Assembly: GCA_012295275.1 (NCBI GenBank) | Contig: CM022677.1 | Span: 12,338,001-12,402,000 of the forward strand | Direction of reading: 5' to 3' | Origin: Chrysomallon squamiferum | Taxonomy: Eukaryota > Animalia > Mollusca | DNA length: 64,000 bases | Shown here: positions 11,926 through 25,349 of the stretch, piece by piece | Numbering within the stretch: the first letter of the stretch is position 1 | Layout of the letters: each line of letters begins with the position of its first letter | Made by a program: the position numbers and the translations under genes | The notes under the pieces: generated by a model | What the model was told of the DNA's origin: nothing | Seen by the model: the letters and a program-made list of their open reading frames with translations, nothing else | Database searches by the model: none

Positions 11926-14900
11926 TTTGATTTTCTTTTTTTTTTTATTATTCTATATATACTTTGGAGTAATTTTTGAGAAATTTAGTTGAATTTTTAT
12001 TGATCAGTCAACAGAGTAATCAGTTATATTTTGCTTTTCATTTAAATTATTATATAATTTTATTTAGCAGCTGTGTAATAGTATTTTCAAAAATATAATT
12101 ATCTTTTAAAATATATAACTAATAACTATACAAAGACAAAAAATAAATAAATAAATAAAAAGGAGATTAATATTACTCGAAAATATCATTTCTCAATTGT
12201 TTATCAAAGGTTCACATATCTAGAAAGGAATAGGAAAATGAAGCTGAAGATATATATAATACATCATGATATTTGGTTTTTTAGAAAATAATAGCAAAAC
12301 AGAAACACAACTGAGGAAAACCCTTTCAAGGAAGGAAATTAAGATTACAAAAATGAATTGACCTTTGCAGCAGCATAGAGACAGCTTTACATAAGATTTA
12401 GGTAAATTGATAAATATCTTCCTTATATTTGAATACTCTGCAAGTCTTTGTATGAATCAATGTAAAAGATAGAAAACAGATTACAATATTGCCTAAAATA
12501 CAACAATGACTCCACTTAATTTCATATTAAAATGTTGTTTTTTTTTTGTTTTTTTTTAGAAGATCTCACTGTGTTGAAGACATAAGTCAACATGACAGAT
12601 TTGAGTTGTATCCAGTTTTAGTTCACGTTGTATCTTATTCATCAGTCAAACAATGTGGAAATATTCAGATTTTAGGAAAATAAGTTTTGTTTCGTCTTCT
12701 CTAAAGGAGATCATTTCTGCTTGTTCTCTCAGTCATGATGCTGTTTAGAGAATCCATTGTTACTTTAAATTCGAACTCTAAAATATGAACTTTATATATA
12801 TATATATGTAATATTGAATAACAGCTGAAGGCTTCTAGTTTCCAGATTTATATCTGATTATCTACAAAAGTTCTGACATTGTTTATTTTTCATGTATATA
12901 TAATTATTGTTCTCGAACAAGATGGCTTCCATCACGTGACAATTTTGTGTAAGATTCTTGGAACATCAAATAAAACTGTAAATCCCTAAACACCGGCAAT
13001 CATCCCGCATTTTTCCGCAACTACTATACCAACAAAAATGCAATGCAAATAAAATAAATAAAGTAATATAATAACTTTATTAAAATATACGAATTATAAA
13101 TCGATATGGTTCTTTTGTCAAATAAACGGTGTTGTTATTTCCGCCTCCCTACCTTTTCTTTCTTCTTCTTAATTTATTTATGTTAATACACCAAATAAAA
13201 TCACAAACTGTAGAACTCATTTTAAACTGTGTAGTCTGGGTAAGGTGTCTCATATATGAAAACTGGGTATGCGTTAAAACAACAAATAATCCTGGCGTGT
13301 TGAAATGTTAAATAAAAACATATGAAAGTAAATATGTTTTAATATATTTGTGAAATTTCAATTGAACTGTGGTAACATTTCTTTTGATTATTAATATTAA
13401 TGTGTGTGCGTGTGTGTGCGTGTCTGTTTAAAACAGTATTAAAGAGTGGTTAAAGTGAATCAAGAGAAACGTGACACAATGTAATGAAATAATGAGTCGA
13501 GACAAACACATTTATATTGTTAGGCTATGAAATGACTAAATACATGAAGATTAACAATGATAAACGATTTTATTACAGCATATTTATATTGTGTTAGGTC
13601 TGTAAAGATAAAAAGGAGTAAAGGAGGTGACTAGGGAAATGTTTCTCCACCTCAGTGTGCTCAGACAGTCAATGCTGTCATAAAACACACAGGAACAAAT
13701 TAATTAAAAAAATTAACTTATAAATACTCCTTTTTCCACTTTACTACAATGGTCACTGTGAAATAAAGTATGATAAACGTTTAAAATTAACATTTTTATT
13801 AAAATATATAAAAATTGACAAAAAAGAAAAAAAAAAAAAGCTAATCTGACAGCGGTATACATCGTGTACAAATGAAGAAAAGAACATATTAAAACTTTTC
13901 AAATGGGTAGAAAAGTTTAAAAATAAATAAATAAATAAATAAATAAAACCTTTATAATTCATAATCACTGGATGTAGATGCAAACAATATGTCTTTGTAG
14001 ATAACATTGACTATCAAATTACATTCTAATTTTTCATAATGTAAATATCATTCCAGTGTTTAAATCGAATTGTCATCATTTTATTATCTGTATACGTCTT
14101 TCATATCTACTATCATTACTATTACTTTCTTTTACCAAAAAAAACCAACAAACATTTAAAACATATTTCTGAATTGTTATTTTTAAAGGTAAAATTTAAA
14201 AGATTATTTTAACGTCGTTTTTAATTTACCTTGCGTTTTCGTTTTCTTGGATGAAAGACAAATATGAACTAAAAAGACAGGCGTATCTAAGATACTCTGA
14301 TGAAAACTTACTAACGTATTTTTAAAAGCAAAAGTTTATTATTTGGTTCTTTTTCATTCAAAGACGTATACAAAATAACGCATACTTAGTTCACCTCTAT
14401 ATAAACATCTTTTAAATTTTTTATCATAACAAAAAGTGTTTGGTGACATCCTAGCATGAGCCATGTCACTATTCTGATTTATGTTTGTGGGCGTCTTTTT
14501 ATTCCTCTTTGTTTTTCTTTTCCATTTTTGCCTAACACTAACGGCATTTCAGACATTTGAGACAATTTCAAATTAAATAAATTCAAATAATAATAAAAAT
14601 AGATGATTCTTGTCTCACCTTTATTAGGATGTTTAGCAGTTTTTCTGTTGTGATTTTAATTCGGTAGCTTTAAATTAAAATTAGAAAATAATAAAGAAAA
14701 ACAACAACAATAAAATAATAAAAACGATGCACACACACAGATACCTAAGCTAACATTTATTTTTGTTATAAATACAACAAACAGGAAAGTGAAAAAGATA
14801 TGTACTTAAGAAAAAAAAGGGAGTTCCGTGTGGCTGACTAGATTGATTTCGACTGCCTATATTAATGTTGAGAAAATTGTTAGATATCATTAGTTTAATT

Positions 14901-15618
14901 CAGCAAAGCAGTAAAATAGAAAAGCGTGGAAACCTTTGCGAAAAAAGGATTTGATTAAAAACTACTAAAATAAGATATAGTTTTCTTCAAAACGATTGTG
15001 TTTTTCACATTGATTTCAGTGTAAATATGACGAAATAATTTTCAACTAAAGATTTCCAGTGACGTAGAAGTTTGGCGGGAAATATAAATATGTGGACTAG
15101 ACATATTTCAGAAAAGATCAAACCCAACGTTTATAATATTTGTAACTACCGTCAATGTTTGCACGCACAGTCATATACAAAGTTGGTTTTAAGCAAGATT
15201 TATTGCTAGTACTGTTGTTATTTAAGCTGTTGTTATTTAAACTCCAGCTGTTATTTGAGAAGCTTTACAAGACAACTTAGAAATGTAATAGATCTGTAAT
15301 TATGAGCATTATTTTTAATCAACCTTAGAAAAAGAATTGGAAATAATGAATGCAAACTGGGCTATAGACAAAGAGATTTCGGTAGCTGTTTTCTTTTATC
15401 ACCAGTAATCTATGTTTAATTACAACGGGAAGGTCTACGTTGTTCAAGGCCACCGAGAGACGTCCTGTCCGTCTCTTTACAATAATCTCTTACGTCTATA
15501 AATCGTGCTAAAAACATTATCACATAAATCATATTTATTTTTGATTTTCTCGAATAGAAAATTATATTCACTTTAACAAAATATAACTTAATGACAATGG
15601 ACGGATGCAATGACAGAG

Positions 15619-15656
<38 letters not shown>

Positions 15657-18455
15657 TGATATGACCCTGTCATAGTTTGTATTCAGTTAATAAAAAAAAT
15701 AAGGCGATATTTTTAATTAAGGATGCCGCTATTTACACTATAAATCATATAATTATAAACAAGTAAAAATAAGCTGTCAGTTTTACTTAAGGATAACGCT
15801 ATTTGCACTGATACTTTTACCACTGAGTTACAAAAATACATTTTAATAACGTGTCAACTATTTCTGTAGTAGTTTATGCGGTAGTTTAGTTACATTGTGT
15901 TACACAGAACGTTCATAGTTAGAGAGTAGCGGTGACACCAACCATTCAGTATAATCTGTGGATCAAGCTAATAACATGTAATACTAGTTAGTCAGTGATG
16001 ACGTGTAAAAATTAAGCACCGTAAAATTATCAATGTAAATAGTGTATTTTCTTAATAAAAACAGTACGTTATTTGTATCTGGTAGCGATAGTTTATTCCT
16101 GAATATTAAATGTACTTCTCAACTAGAAATATTAAGATGAATATGACTTCACATATAATTAATTATTTGCTATTATTTAACAATGTAACCTCAGCTTTTC
16201 AATACACACCTGTCTAGAAATATAGATGGAACTTCCGTGTTATAATGTTTTTTTTATAAATATCAGTAGCTTTATATGTGACGTGAAACATATATCGAGA
16301 AATAAAGAGAGCGCATCTAGTGTATCATTTTATAAACACCAGAAGATGTTTCACTGAAAATCAAACACAGCAGATACCGCTACTAAGTGTCCGTTTTATT
16401 AAAAATAACAAGATATTATATTTTACTTTACTAATTCTAAATCGTATAATAAAAAGGTGTAATTGTACTGTTCGTGAACTTAAATATTATACACTACAGA
16501 AAATATTGATAACCACAGTTATTACTGACAGTTATAAATGATAATTCTAGATGGCGTTATAAAAAGAAAAATATGAGAATTAATTATATTTACAGTTTGT
16601 AGTTTAAGTATGTTGACAAATGTTAATCTCAAATTTTATGTATGTTTATATCAGGTTATATTTAAAAATATCAGTTAAATCCCTGGAATCACGATAGTGT
16701 GTACTGATTAGCTGAGAACAAAGAATGTTATTTGTTTTCATTACATTCATTAAAAGGTTGTATAGTGTAATATACTTTACATTTCTTATTATAGCTGAAG
16801 TTCTCTTACTACATTAGATATTAATATAACCACTCCACCAGTAATTATCAATGAGTCAGTGAAGCAGACCCCGTATTTGTCAGTCCTCTCTTTGTCAACA
16901 GCTAAATAACAACGGTAATAGTATTTGTATTTTTTATTTTGTTTTTAACTGATTTATGAGAAATCGAGAACTTTTACAAAACCACAGTTAACTATAGAAT
17001 ATCGATGTTTACACTGATAATGTTATCCATCGATAACTAAATATGTAGGGAGAGATGTAAATTGTGTCGCGGAATGTCATGTTACTGGTCATAAAACAAA
17101 GTATCACATTATGACACTGAAAGGTGCACGGTTAATTTTCAGTAATATCAATACAATACAAATCAATATCAGTACAATAGTAAATAAAATATTTATCTAG
17201 CACTTCACGCGTTTCTGTATAGTCTTATTATTGTTAATAATAAAATAACTTATTATTAAAGACCATAATTTTTCAGTATATAAGGAGGACATTAATTTGG
17301 GGGAAAATATAATAATATTAATATCAAATGTCGTTTATAATAAAATAGTTCCTTTTTCTGAGGCCTTGAATTTTTTTGATCAGAGGACTGGTAAATTTCA
17401 GATTTGTCGTATAAACAGCAAATTCCACTGATATGTCAAATGCAGATTCAGTTAGCTTGGTTGCTATCAATCCAATAGCTGTGAACATGTTATCTCATGC
17501 AATATTAATTTGCAAATGAAATATTTTAATAGTGTTGTATATTTATATTAAAAATTAGTCATGTGACATATTGATGACGTTAAAGAAAAAATGTATGTGT
17601 GAAAATCATGATATATTTCAACCTTACTCTTGTGATGTAAAAAAAACAAAGTTACACATACTGGCTTTTGGCTTTTTGACCAAATGCACTTTAATTCCCG
17701 AAGGTGCTTAGGCTGCGCCCGAAGGAGCATTTGGGATATTTCCTCATCACACAAATATGTTAACACACCACACCCTAGATCTGTACCTGCTGTGTCTTTC
17801 ATTATTAATGAATTTTTAAGATAAATTTGAATGAATTGTTACGAATGCAATAAACGTCTCTACCAAAATTTTGTACACATTTCTGTAACAGTAATCTAAA
17901 TATTCCAGTGAAGAAATTTGTGAATGTTGTTTATAATTTTCATTACAGTTTATTAATCTTGAACTCATTAGTCTCATAAAAACATGCTGTGTTGGTTAAA
18001 ACAAGTGCACACTTCAGCATCAAACCTGTCTCTGAAAATATATCCTTTTTCATAGAACATGATTATTGTAAACACTCGAGTGAAAACATTCTTCAAATGA
18101 GGATAATGTAAATTCTCTTAACCCCACTTTATCGCTGACTGTAAATATAAAACAAAAGACCTGAATTGGTATAAGGAATGTGTTTTTGTTAGTTTGCGTA
18201 CATTTTAATAAAAATATTGAGTCCTCTTTTCACTTTCGCAGTTTACAAAAGGCACTTTACTTACACATTCCTATTCACAAAATAAATTTAAATAGGATAA
18301 GTTTACATTTTTATACCGAAATATAGACACACACACAGACCTACATACACACATTGCGTATATATATTTTCCTACTATATTTTTCGGTGATAATATTAAA
18401 AAGAACCCTTACATTAAAATATTTCATTTGCAAAGAACCCTTACTTTGAGAATTA

Positions 18456-20769
18456 ATGTTTGGTCTTTATTCAAAAACCTGAAAAACGTCTTCAGCTAAC
18501 ATCACAGCTGTTTTAGAATCTACAGCACCAGCAGTAACAGAAATCATTGGCGCTGATAATATGTTTCTAGACGAAGCAACTGGATTAGCACAAACGGTTG
18601 TTGAACATTCAATAGAATCTATTGCAGATTATACTAAGTCTCAGATCAAAAAAGCCATTGAAGAATTTCCTTACGCTGTGCAAGTAACTAGTGACAAAAA
18701 TATTATAAGCAAAGATAACGAACAACAGAAAGAAGAAGAGGAAGAAGAAGATAACGTTACTTACGAACATATATTAATCGTTTTAATACACAAATGAAAA
18801 CGTGTATTGGATAAAAAGGAAGTTACTCGTCTTTGGGCTATAGCAAAATCTAAAGCATTAAATATATTACAAAATTTTAATGTGGGATCAAGTTCAAGAT
18901 TCGACGTAGATATCCAAATTTGCAAATACCGAATTCAGATTTCTATTCGGCAATACATAATCTTTGACAAGAATATAACAATACTGAAGATTCGAACGAA
19001 AAGGACCCTTTTGATTCGCCTTTATTCTCATAAGACAACGAAAGACAAACAAAAGAAACAATGAAAAGGCACAAAGAAGAACCAATAAATCCACCACCAA
19101 ATAAGAAACGTAAAGAAAATCCAGTTATCTACAACAGTATCTTAAGATGTTGTAGAAAACACTAGAGCGAAAGGAATATATCTACAACCAGAAGAACGTG
19201 TAATGGATCCTGATTCGGTCACAGGAAACGAAGTCACTCAAACCGTGCAAGGAGCACCTATGGCATCAGCAATAATGTTCTCTATCACAGATTTGGAGGA
19301 ACAACAACAGCTGCTAATCCTAAGTGTATCAAAGTAATAAGAACATTTAAACGTAAATTTACTAGAGTTTAAATTTTACTAAATTAAGAAAAGCAGAAAT
19401 GAATATTCTGAATAACGGCGTAGATCAAATAGGTTGGCCCAATGCTATTGGAGATCCATCCGTATGTAAATTTACTTTTAATCATGGTGGTCATATAATA
19501 CCTTATTGGTATAAACCTGATGATTGGAATTTACCAGATGAATTTGTAGGTTATAGAATTAAAAAGTTTGGATTCAATATTAATAATGATTCATGTTTTA
19601 AACAATAAGGCTGATCCTAATGAAGTTCCTGCTATGGCTCCACCAAATGCTAGAGTGTGGACTTTTACTGATACCAACAAAAAATACAGGTGATTATAGT
19701 CATAATAATTTATTTAGAGATAAAGAATGTATGGATCAAACCGATGAGCGAAGTATCAAGGTACAACCTGATAGAAATATTTATTTGCCAAGTGATATAG
19801 GAATGCAGGTTTAAAATAATGCTTGGACAATGAATGGTGATAATATAAAAATTTACATAACTGACACCTGATTATATTTGTGATTTAAAAAAACATGACG
19901 GTTACAAGAAACTTTAATTAGTGCGCGAGGGTTTGCTTTAGATTATGAATGTAAAGATGCTCTTCTAGCATTATTTCCAGGAGAAAGTAATCATACTTTA
20001 AATTTCACTGAAGTTACTGGTAACGTAAAAAAGACCAGTTATCAATGTAGTAATATAAGTGCAAAATATTTTGAAGCGTGCTCATCGGGTGAAATAACAG
20101 TAACTGATACTACTCAACATCAAATGGGAAAAGCTATTATAAGTTATTTTAATCATCAGTATGGAAATGTTGATTATAAAGAACGTTTTCAGAATTTAGC
20201 TGGTGAAAAGTTAGGTGCACCAGCAATGGCAAATGATAGTAATCAAAATAAACTGATTAAAAAAAGGTGTGACAGCAAATGATGTAAGTGATCAAAATAT
20301 TAAAACAGAAATGACGGATGTCATCGTAGAACGTATGAAGTTAATCGACCACCAATGTTTTTGATAGGTATATATCCTGATGTGAAAAAAACAAGTAATG
20401 GTAACACATTATTCTTTAATTATCATGCTATTCAAATAACGCATTATAGTGAAGTAGAGTTCATAGTTAGGACTGGTATGAGTCCTAAATACATTCCTAT
20501 TGGACTTGGTGGCTGCCCTGGTGTTATGAGAGGAATGTTTATACTGTGGTTGCTTGTAAAAAAGATAATATAAAACATACAGAACAAGAACAATTTTTAT
20601 CTGAAAATTCTAAACAATATTTCGAGAGAATTAAAAAATCTTGGCAACTACGAATAGACGCTCCAATATGGGATAATTGGAATAGAAGAAAACCTAGACG
20701 GCTGTTGTTTATGGTGATAGGACTGTCCCTATCGTTGGAAAAGAAAATGATTGGAAATATCCTTTATAA
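18456..20769 (+). pseudogene. Endogenous parvovirus-like capsid (VP) gene, degraded by multiple stops and frameshifts
   Basis: Frameshift-tolerant translation gives motifs in the order expected of the parvoviral jelly-roll: basic PPPNKKRK; KVIRTFKRKFTRV (betaB-like); HIIPYWY-KPDDWNLPDEFVGYRIKKFGFNINN (cf. AAV [31 protein letters not shown]); ARVWTFTDTNKKY (cf. STVQVFTDSEY); RPPMFLIGIYP (cf. HPPPQILIKNTP); YHAIQITHYSEVEF (cf. YSTGQVSVEIEWEL); terminal VYGDRTVPIVGKENDWKYPL* (cf. VYSEPRPIGTRYLTRNL*). About 770 codons, intronless, AATAAA near 20914. Confidence 0.8.
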
Positions 20770-20931
20770 ATTTCATTAAAATTAATTTGATTAATAACTA
20801 TATTGTTATTTGATATGAAATTAATTTATTATATATTACATAAAATGAGGTTTAAACGAAGAGCTTAGTTTTGGACAATATTTAATTCTTCATTATTATT
20901 ACTTTTTAAATTGAATAAAATTTATTCTGTT

Positions 20932-20968
<37 letters not shown>

Positions 20969-21014
20969 GACAAAGGAAAATGTAATTTTAGTGATGAGCT
21001 CATCTATATTTAGT

Positions 21015-21112
21015 TGACGTCAGAAAGTCGAAGCTGATTGGTCAATTTGAATATTACGTCATTAGCAACTAGACAATTAGCTACAAAAGTCAGCTGCAGT
21101 TGTGTTTATAAA
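21015..21112 (+). promoter_or_regulatory. Compact Pol II promoter-like cluster: CRE, inverted CCAAT, CRE-like site, TATA
   Basis: TGACGTCA 21015-21022, ATTGG 21037-21041, TTACGTCA 21054-21061, TATAAA 21107-21112, directly upstream of a spliced ORF. Confidence 0.5.
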
Positions 21113-21202
21113 GCGAACAAAAAAAAATTGAAAAAAAATGAGTGGCTGTCTTGGTGTTGTCCGTGTGTCAAGCGTCGAAGACATCAAAGAAAATTCAGAA
21201 AA

Positions 21203-21779
21203 ATGACTGAGGCTAAACAAGAAGTGCTAAGAGGTATAAATTAACTATGATTATGAATTCAAAGAGATGGTAATTTACAAGTATCAATAGGCAGACAAGT
21301 ATGTCACATGACTAATTACAAATATCGCCCGTTTCTACAATGTCAAAGATATAACTGTAAAAAACAAATAATAAAACTGTATTAATCTAAAACCAAAAAT
21401 AACAAACAAACAATAACAAACAACATATTAATATAAAACTTTATCTAATTGTTTACTATTTGCAGTGGCCAAAGATATTATTTTGGAGGACCTGGAGGAA
21501 ACCGTGATGCAGTTGAATTTGGTATCGGACGCGTACACTAGCGAGGTGGAGAAACTGTTAACACTCTGGGAATACCGCATCGGAGAATACCATCTGAATA
21601 TTGCTGAATGCATGGACCATCCAAAGTTTAATCCGTTTAAAGAATTTGATTTGTTCTGGCGAAGCAACGAAGATTTGCGAGCTGAGCTATACGCACTTCG
21701 AAAGCCGCCAAAACGCTACTACGAGCTTCTCAGAAAGAACAAAGAGTTGTGCAATATTCTCACAGATTTATTGTATTAG
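21203..21779 (+). CDS. Two-exon orphan gene, about 114 aa (exon 1 21203-21233, intron 21234-21465, exon 2 21466-21779)
   Basis: ATG ACT GAG...AGA G|GTATAA ... CTAAT ... TTTGCAG|TG GCC joins in frame (phase 1) to give MTEAKQEVLRVAKDIILEDLEETVMQLNL...TDLLY*. Exon 2 is stop-free and GC-richer than its surroundings. Confidence 0.6.
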
Positions 21780-24279
21780 AACAAAACTTTGATCTGTCTG
21801 TCAGTCTCCTTTCCTTAGCTTCTTCTACAATAGAATATAGAATTTACTCTCTGTAAAATTACTGATTGTGTTATATTTCGTTTTACTTTTTTTCTGTTGG
21901 CTACGATTTTATTTCTAAACTCACTGTTCTCGAGAACATTAATTTCATTGTACCTTAACATCAAAACATTATCTATTTATAAATGCAATATTATTTATTT
22001 ATTTATTTATTTCTTGCTTTAATCCTTTTGTTATTTACAATCTCGCTCTTTTGTTTGATCTTAACGTCACATACATTCTGTACCACTTTTCAGTTTAAAC
22101 TGAATAAAAAGCCATTACTAAACATATTCTTTCATTATTTATATGTATGTGTATACACACATACATTACACATAAACACATGCCTGCATATATATCCACA
22201 TGCATCAAAAAAATACACACATAAACACACAACACATAAACAAACACTCATACAAACATACATTGGTTCATGGTATATTTGTGATGCATATATTCCAGAA
22301 AACATTATTTATTTACTTTTATATTTATTTGTAATTGTATTTTCTGTTTTCTTTTTTCCTTTTTATTTTCTCATTTACAATACACATACAGTGTTCAACA
22401 AAAATAGTTTGTATATGTAAATATTTGGAAAAAAAATAATGTCCATATGGCTTTAAAAACAAAACCAAAAAAAAACAACATTTCTAATACTTGTAAATAA
22501 AATAAAATAAAAAAAATAATTAACAAATAATATAATTAAATAAATAAATAAAATTAACTTTAAAAAGTCTAAGTATTTGTCATTCTTCTGCAAGGCATGT
22601 GCACATCTGTATATAAAAAAACAATCATATATATATGTTCTGTATTTTGTGTAACACTACAAATGTTTTAATAACTAACCTGAGAATCAAGACCACTCAA
22701 AACCTTACATAATCAGCAATATGTTGGTAACTGCAGTATTGAAAACACTGTGATACATCATGCTACTCAGTGATAAATAATATAACAATTCTTACATACA
22801 ATCTCAAAGAATAGCTAACTTCAGTTTCTGTTAAATCACACTGTACACTGGCTATAATGAAATTCATTCACAGATATAGCACTGAGGATTTGTACATAAA
22901 CATATATAACTGTAATCTGTAACAAAAAATAAAACAGCTGAAAAAAACATTTCCTCATTCTTTGATTTATGAGCCAGTGATAAGTGTCAATCTATATTTC
23001 AATGTGGGCATGAGTGTGTATGTACTTGTGTAAGTCTGTATACATGTGTATTTGAGTGTATGTATTTTTATATGTATGTATGCATGTGTATCTGTGAGTG
23101 TTTATATTATGTGCATTTGAGTGTGCATATATTTTGTAAGTCTGTATCTGCATATTATGTGTGCATGACAAGGTATGTATTTCTGCATGTTTGCATGTAT
23201 ATTGTCTGTGTATGTATTGTATGTTTAAGTATCTATGTATGTTTGTATGTCTGTATGTATGTGTGGATATGTGTGTAAGAGTACGAATGTATTTGTGTAT
23301 CTGTGTGTTTGTATATTGTGTGTGTTGTTTGTGTGAATTTGTTTATTTAGTCAAATTATCTAGTGATCATGAATATATTTCTGAATGTGTGTATATGTGT
23401 ATGTTTTAGAATGTTTGTATATATGTGTAGATGTATGTATGTGTCTGTATTAGTGTATGTATGTATAAGTATGGATTATGTGTACTTATATCTAAGTATG
23501 TGTGTATGAATACATGTGTATGAATTACTGTGTATATGGGTGTAAGTTTGGATGTAATCAATGCCAAATAAATTATTAGTTCAGAAAAGATTATCTGAAC
23601 ACCAAAAACAAAAACAAATCTGAAAATAAATAAAGTATCTACTATGTGTGCTTTATGTTGTTTTTTACCTGCTGAAATTAAATAATAACAGAAATTGAAT
23701 AAAATACCTATCTATATTTAATTATTTAAAATTTGTTTTTTTGTTTTTTAAATATTTTGTTACAAATTTAAAATCAAACACTCACATTAAAATAGAAATA
23801 TAAACATATTCCATAAACATTCACAATTAAAAAAACTCATAATTCATCATAAACTAATACACACATATGCGCATACACATGCACACATAGCCATACCTAT
23901 AAACAAATCCATACACAGATACAAACACACACATTCAAACAGAAACACATTCACACACAGAAACTCAGACTTGCAAAAAAATACACACACATACACCATA
24001 CAAATACAGACAAATTCACACACATCCTACAAACTTAATACAAGACACATACACACTCACACACATATAAATATACACATACACAGAACCATACATTCAA
24101 TTACATACATATATATATATGACATCACCATAAAAACTAACTCTTACACATAATGCAAAGAAAATTATGTAGAAACAAAATGACACACAGTGCTATAAAG
24201 AGATAAGAGGTATATAAAAATATCACTTGTTTGTAGGTAAAAAGATGATGGAGGTAGAGCATGTGCCAGTGAAAGAAGC

Positions 24280-24480
24280 AGAAAACAGCAGTAACACAGT
24301 CAGTGAAAACAGCAGTAACACAGTCAGTGAAAACACAGTTCAGTCAGAAACTAGCTTAAAGAGAACAGCAGTAACACAGTCAGTGAAAACACCAGTAACA
24401 CAGTCAATGAAAACATCAGTAACACAGTCAGTGAAAACACAGTTCAGTCAGAAACTAGCTTAAAGAGAACAGCAGCAGAA
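24280..24480 (+). repeat. 21-nt-based tandem repeat (ACAGCAGTAACACAGTCAGTGAAA), exon-like, S/T/E-rich
   Basis: Repeated units visible; preceded by a possible acceptor TTGTTTGTAG; reading frame not maintained throughout. Confidence 0.6.
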
Positions 24481-25349
24481 AGTGGTGATGAAACAACTAC
24501 AGCAACAACAGCAGATGTGAAGAAAACAGAATCAAGCACATTTCTGAAAATAAGAGAGAAGACAAAAAAAACAATCATAATAATAATAATAATCATAATC
24601 ATAATAATAATTATTATTACTAACATATAATAATAACAATAAATAACAACAATAACAATAACAACAATAATTAATAAAGAAAGAAATAAAGAAATAAAGT
24701 TCTCTATAACTTGTTTGCTGATGTATTTCTTAATCTTAGACTTGCTGTTTTTGTAAAAACAATAATATTGTTGTCGTGATATTATTTTTGATTTCATCAT
24801 GTGGTTTTTAATGCAGAGAAAAGGGGAAAATAAAAAATTATTAAGGTGACAGCTATTTTCATATAAAATATATTTTGGTACTTTAATAAGAATTTAAACT
24901 GTTTTCACTTAAATAGTAACATCCATTTTCAAGATGTTGCAAATTTGTCTAGAACTCAAAAACATTCTTTCACATTCACAGATGTTATAATATGTCAAAC
25001 TAGTCATTTAGCCTAACACAAAAATAATCAAAATTAGGCCTAATGAGTAAAATTTCCAGGAATTAGGCCAAATGACTGGATTTTCCATGGCACTGTTTGA
25101 CATTCTGCCTGATAGTTATTTAGACAATAAGTCAAGCAGGTTTAATGCTTTGCAACATCATTAGTGGTTCAATTCAATTCTTTATTATTCTAAACTTTAC
25201 AGCTTATTGATATACAATGTCAATAATAATAAGAACAAAAAATAAGAACAAAAAATAACAGAATTACAAATACTGACAGTATGAAAAAAAGAGAAAAATC
25301 CTTTGGAGAATATTAATTGCAGATAAATTATGTCTAACAAGTCAAAACT

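Noticed and set aside
15766-16075. Diverged inverted repeat of about 55 bp (15766-15820 and 16021-16075)
   Set aside because: Probably an old MITE, but too degenerate and AT-rich to define termini.
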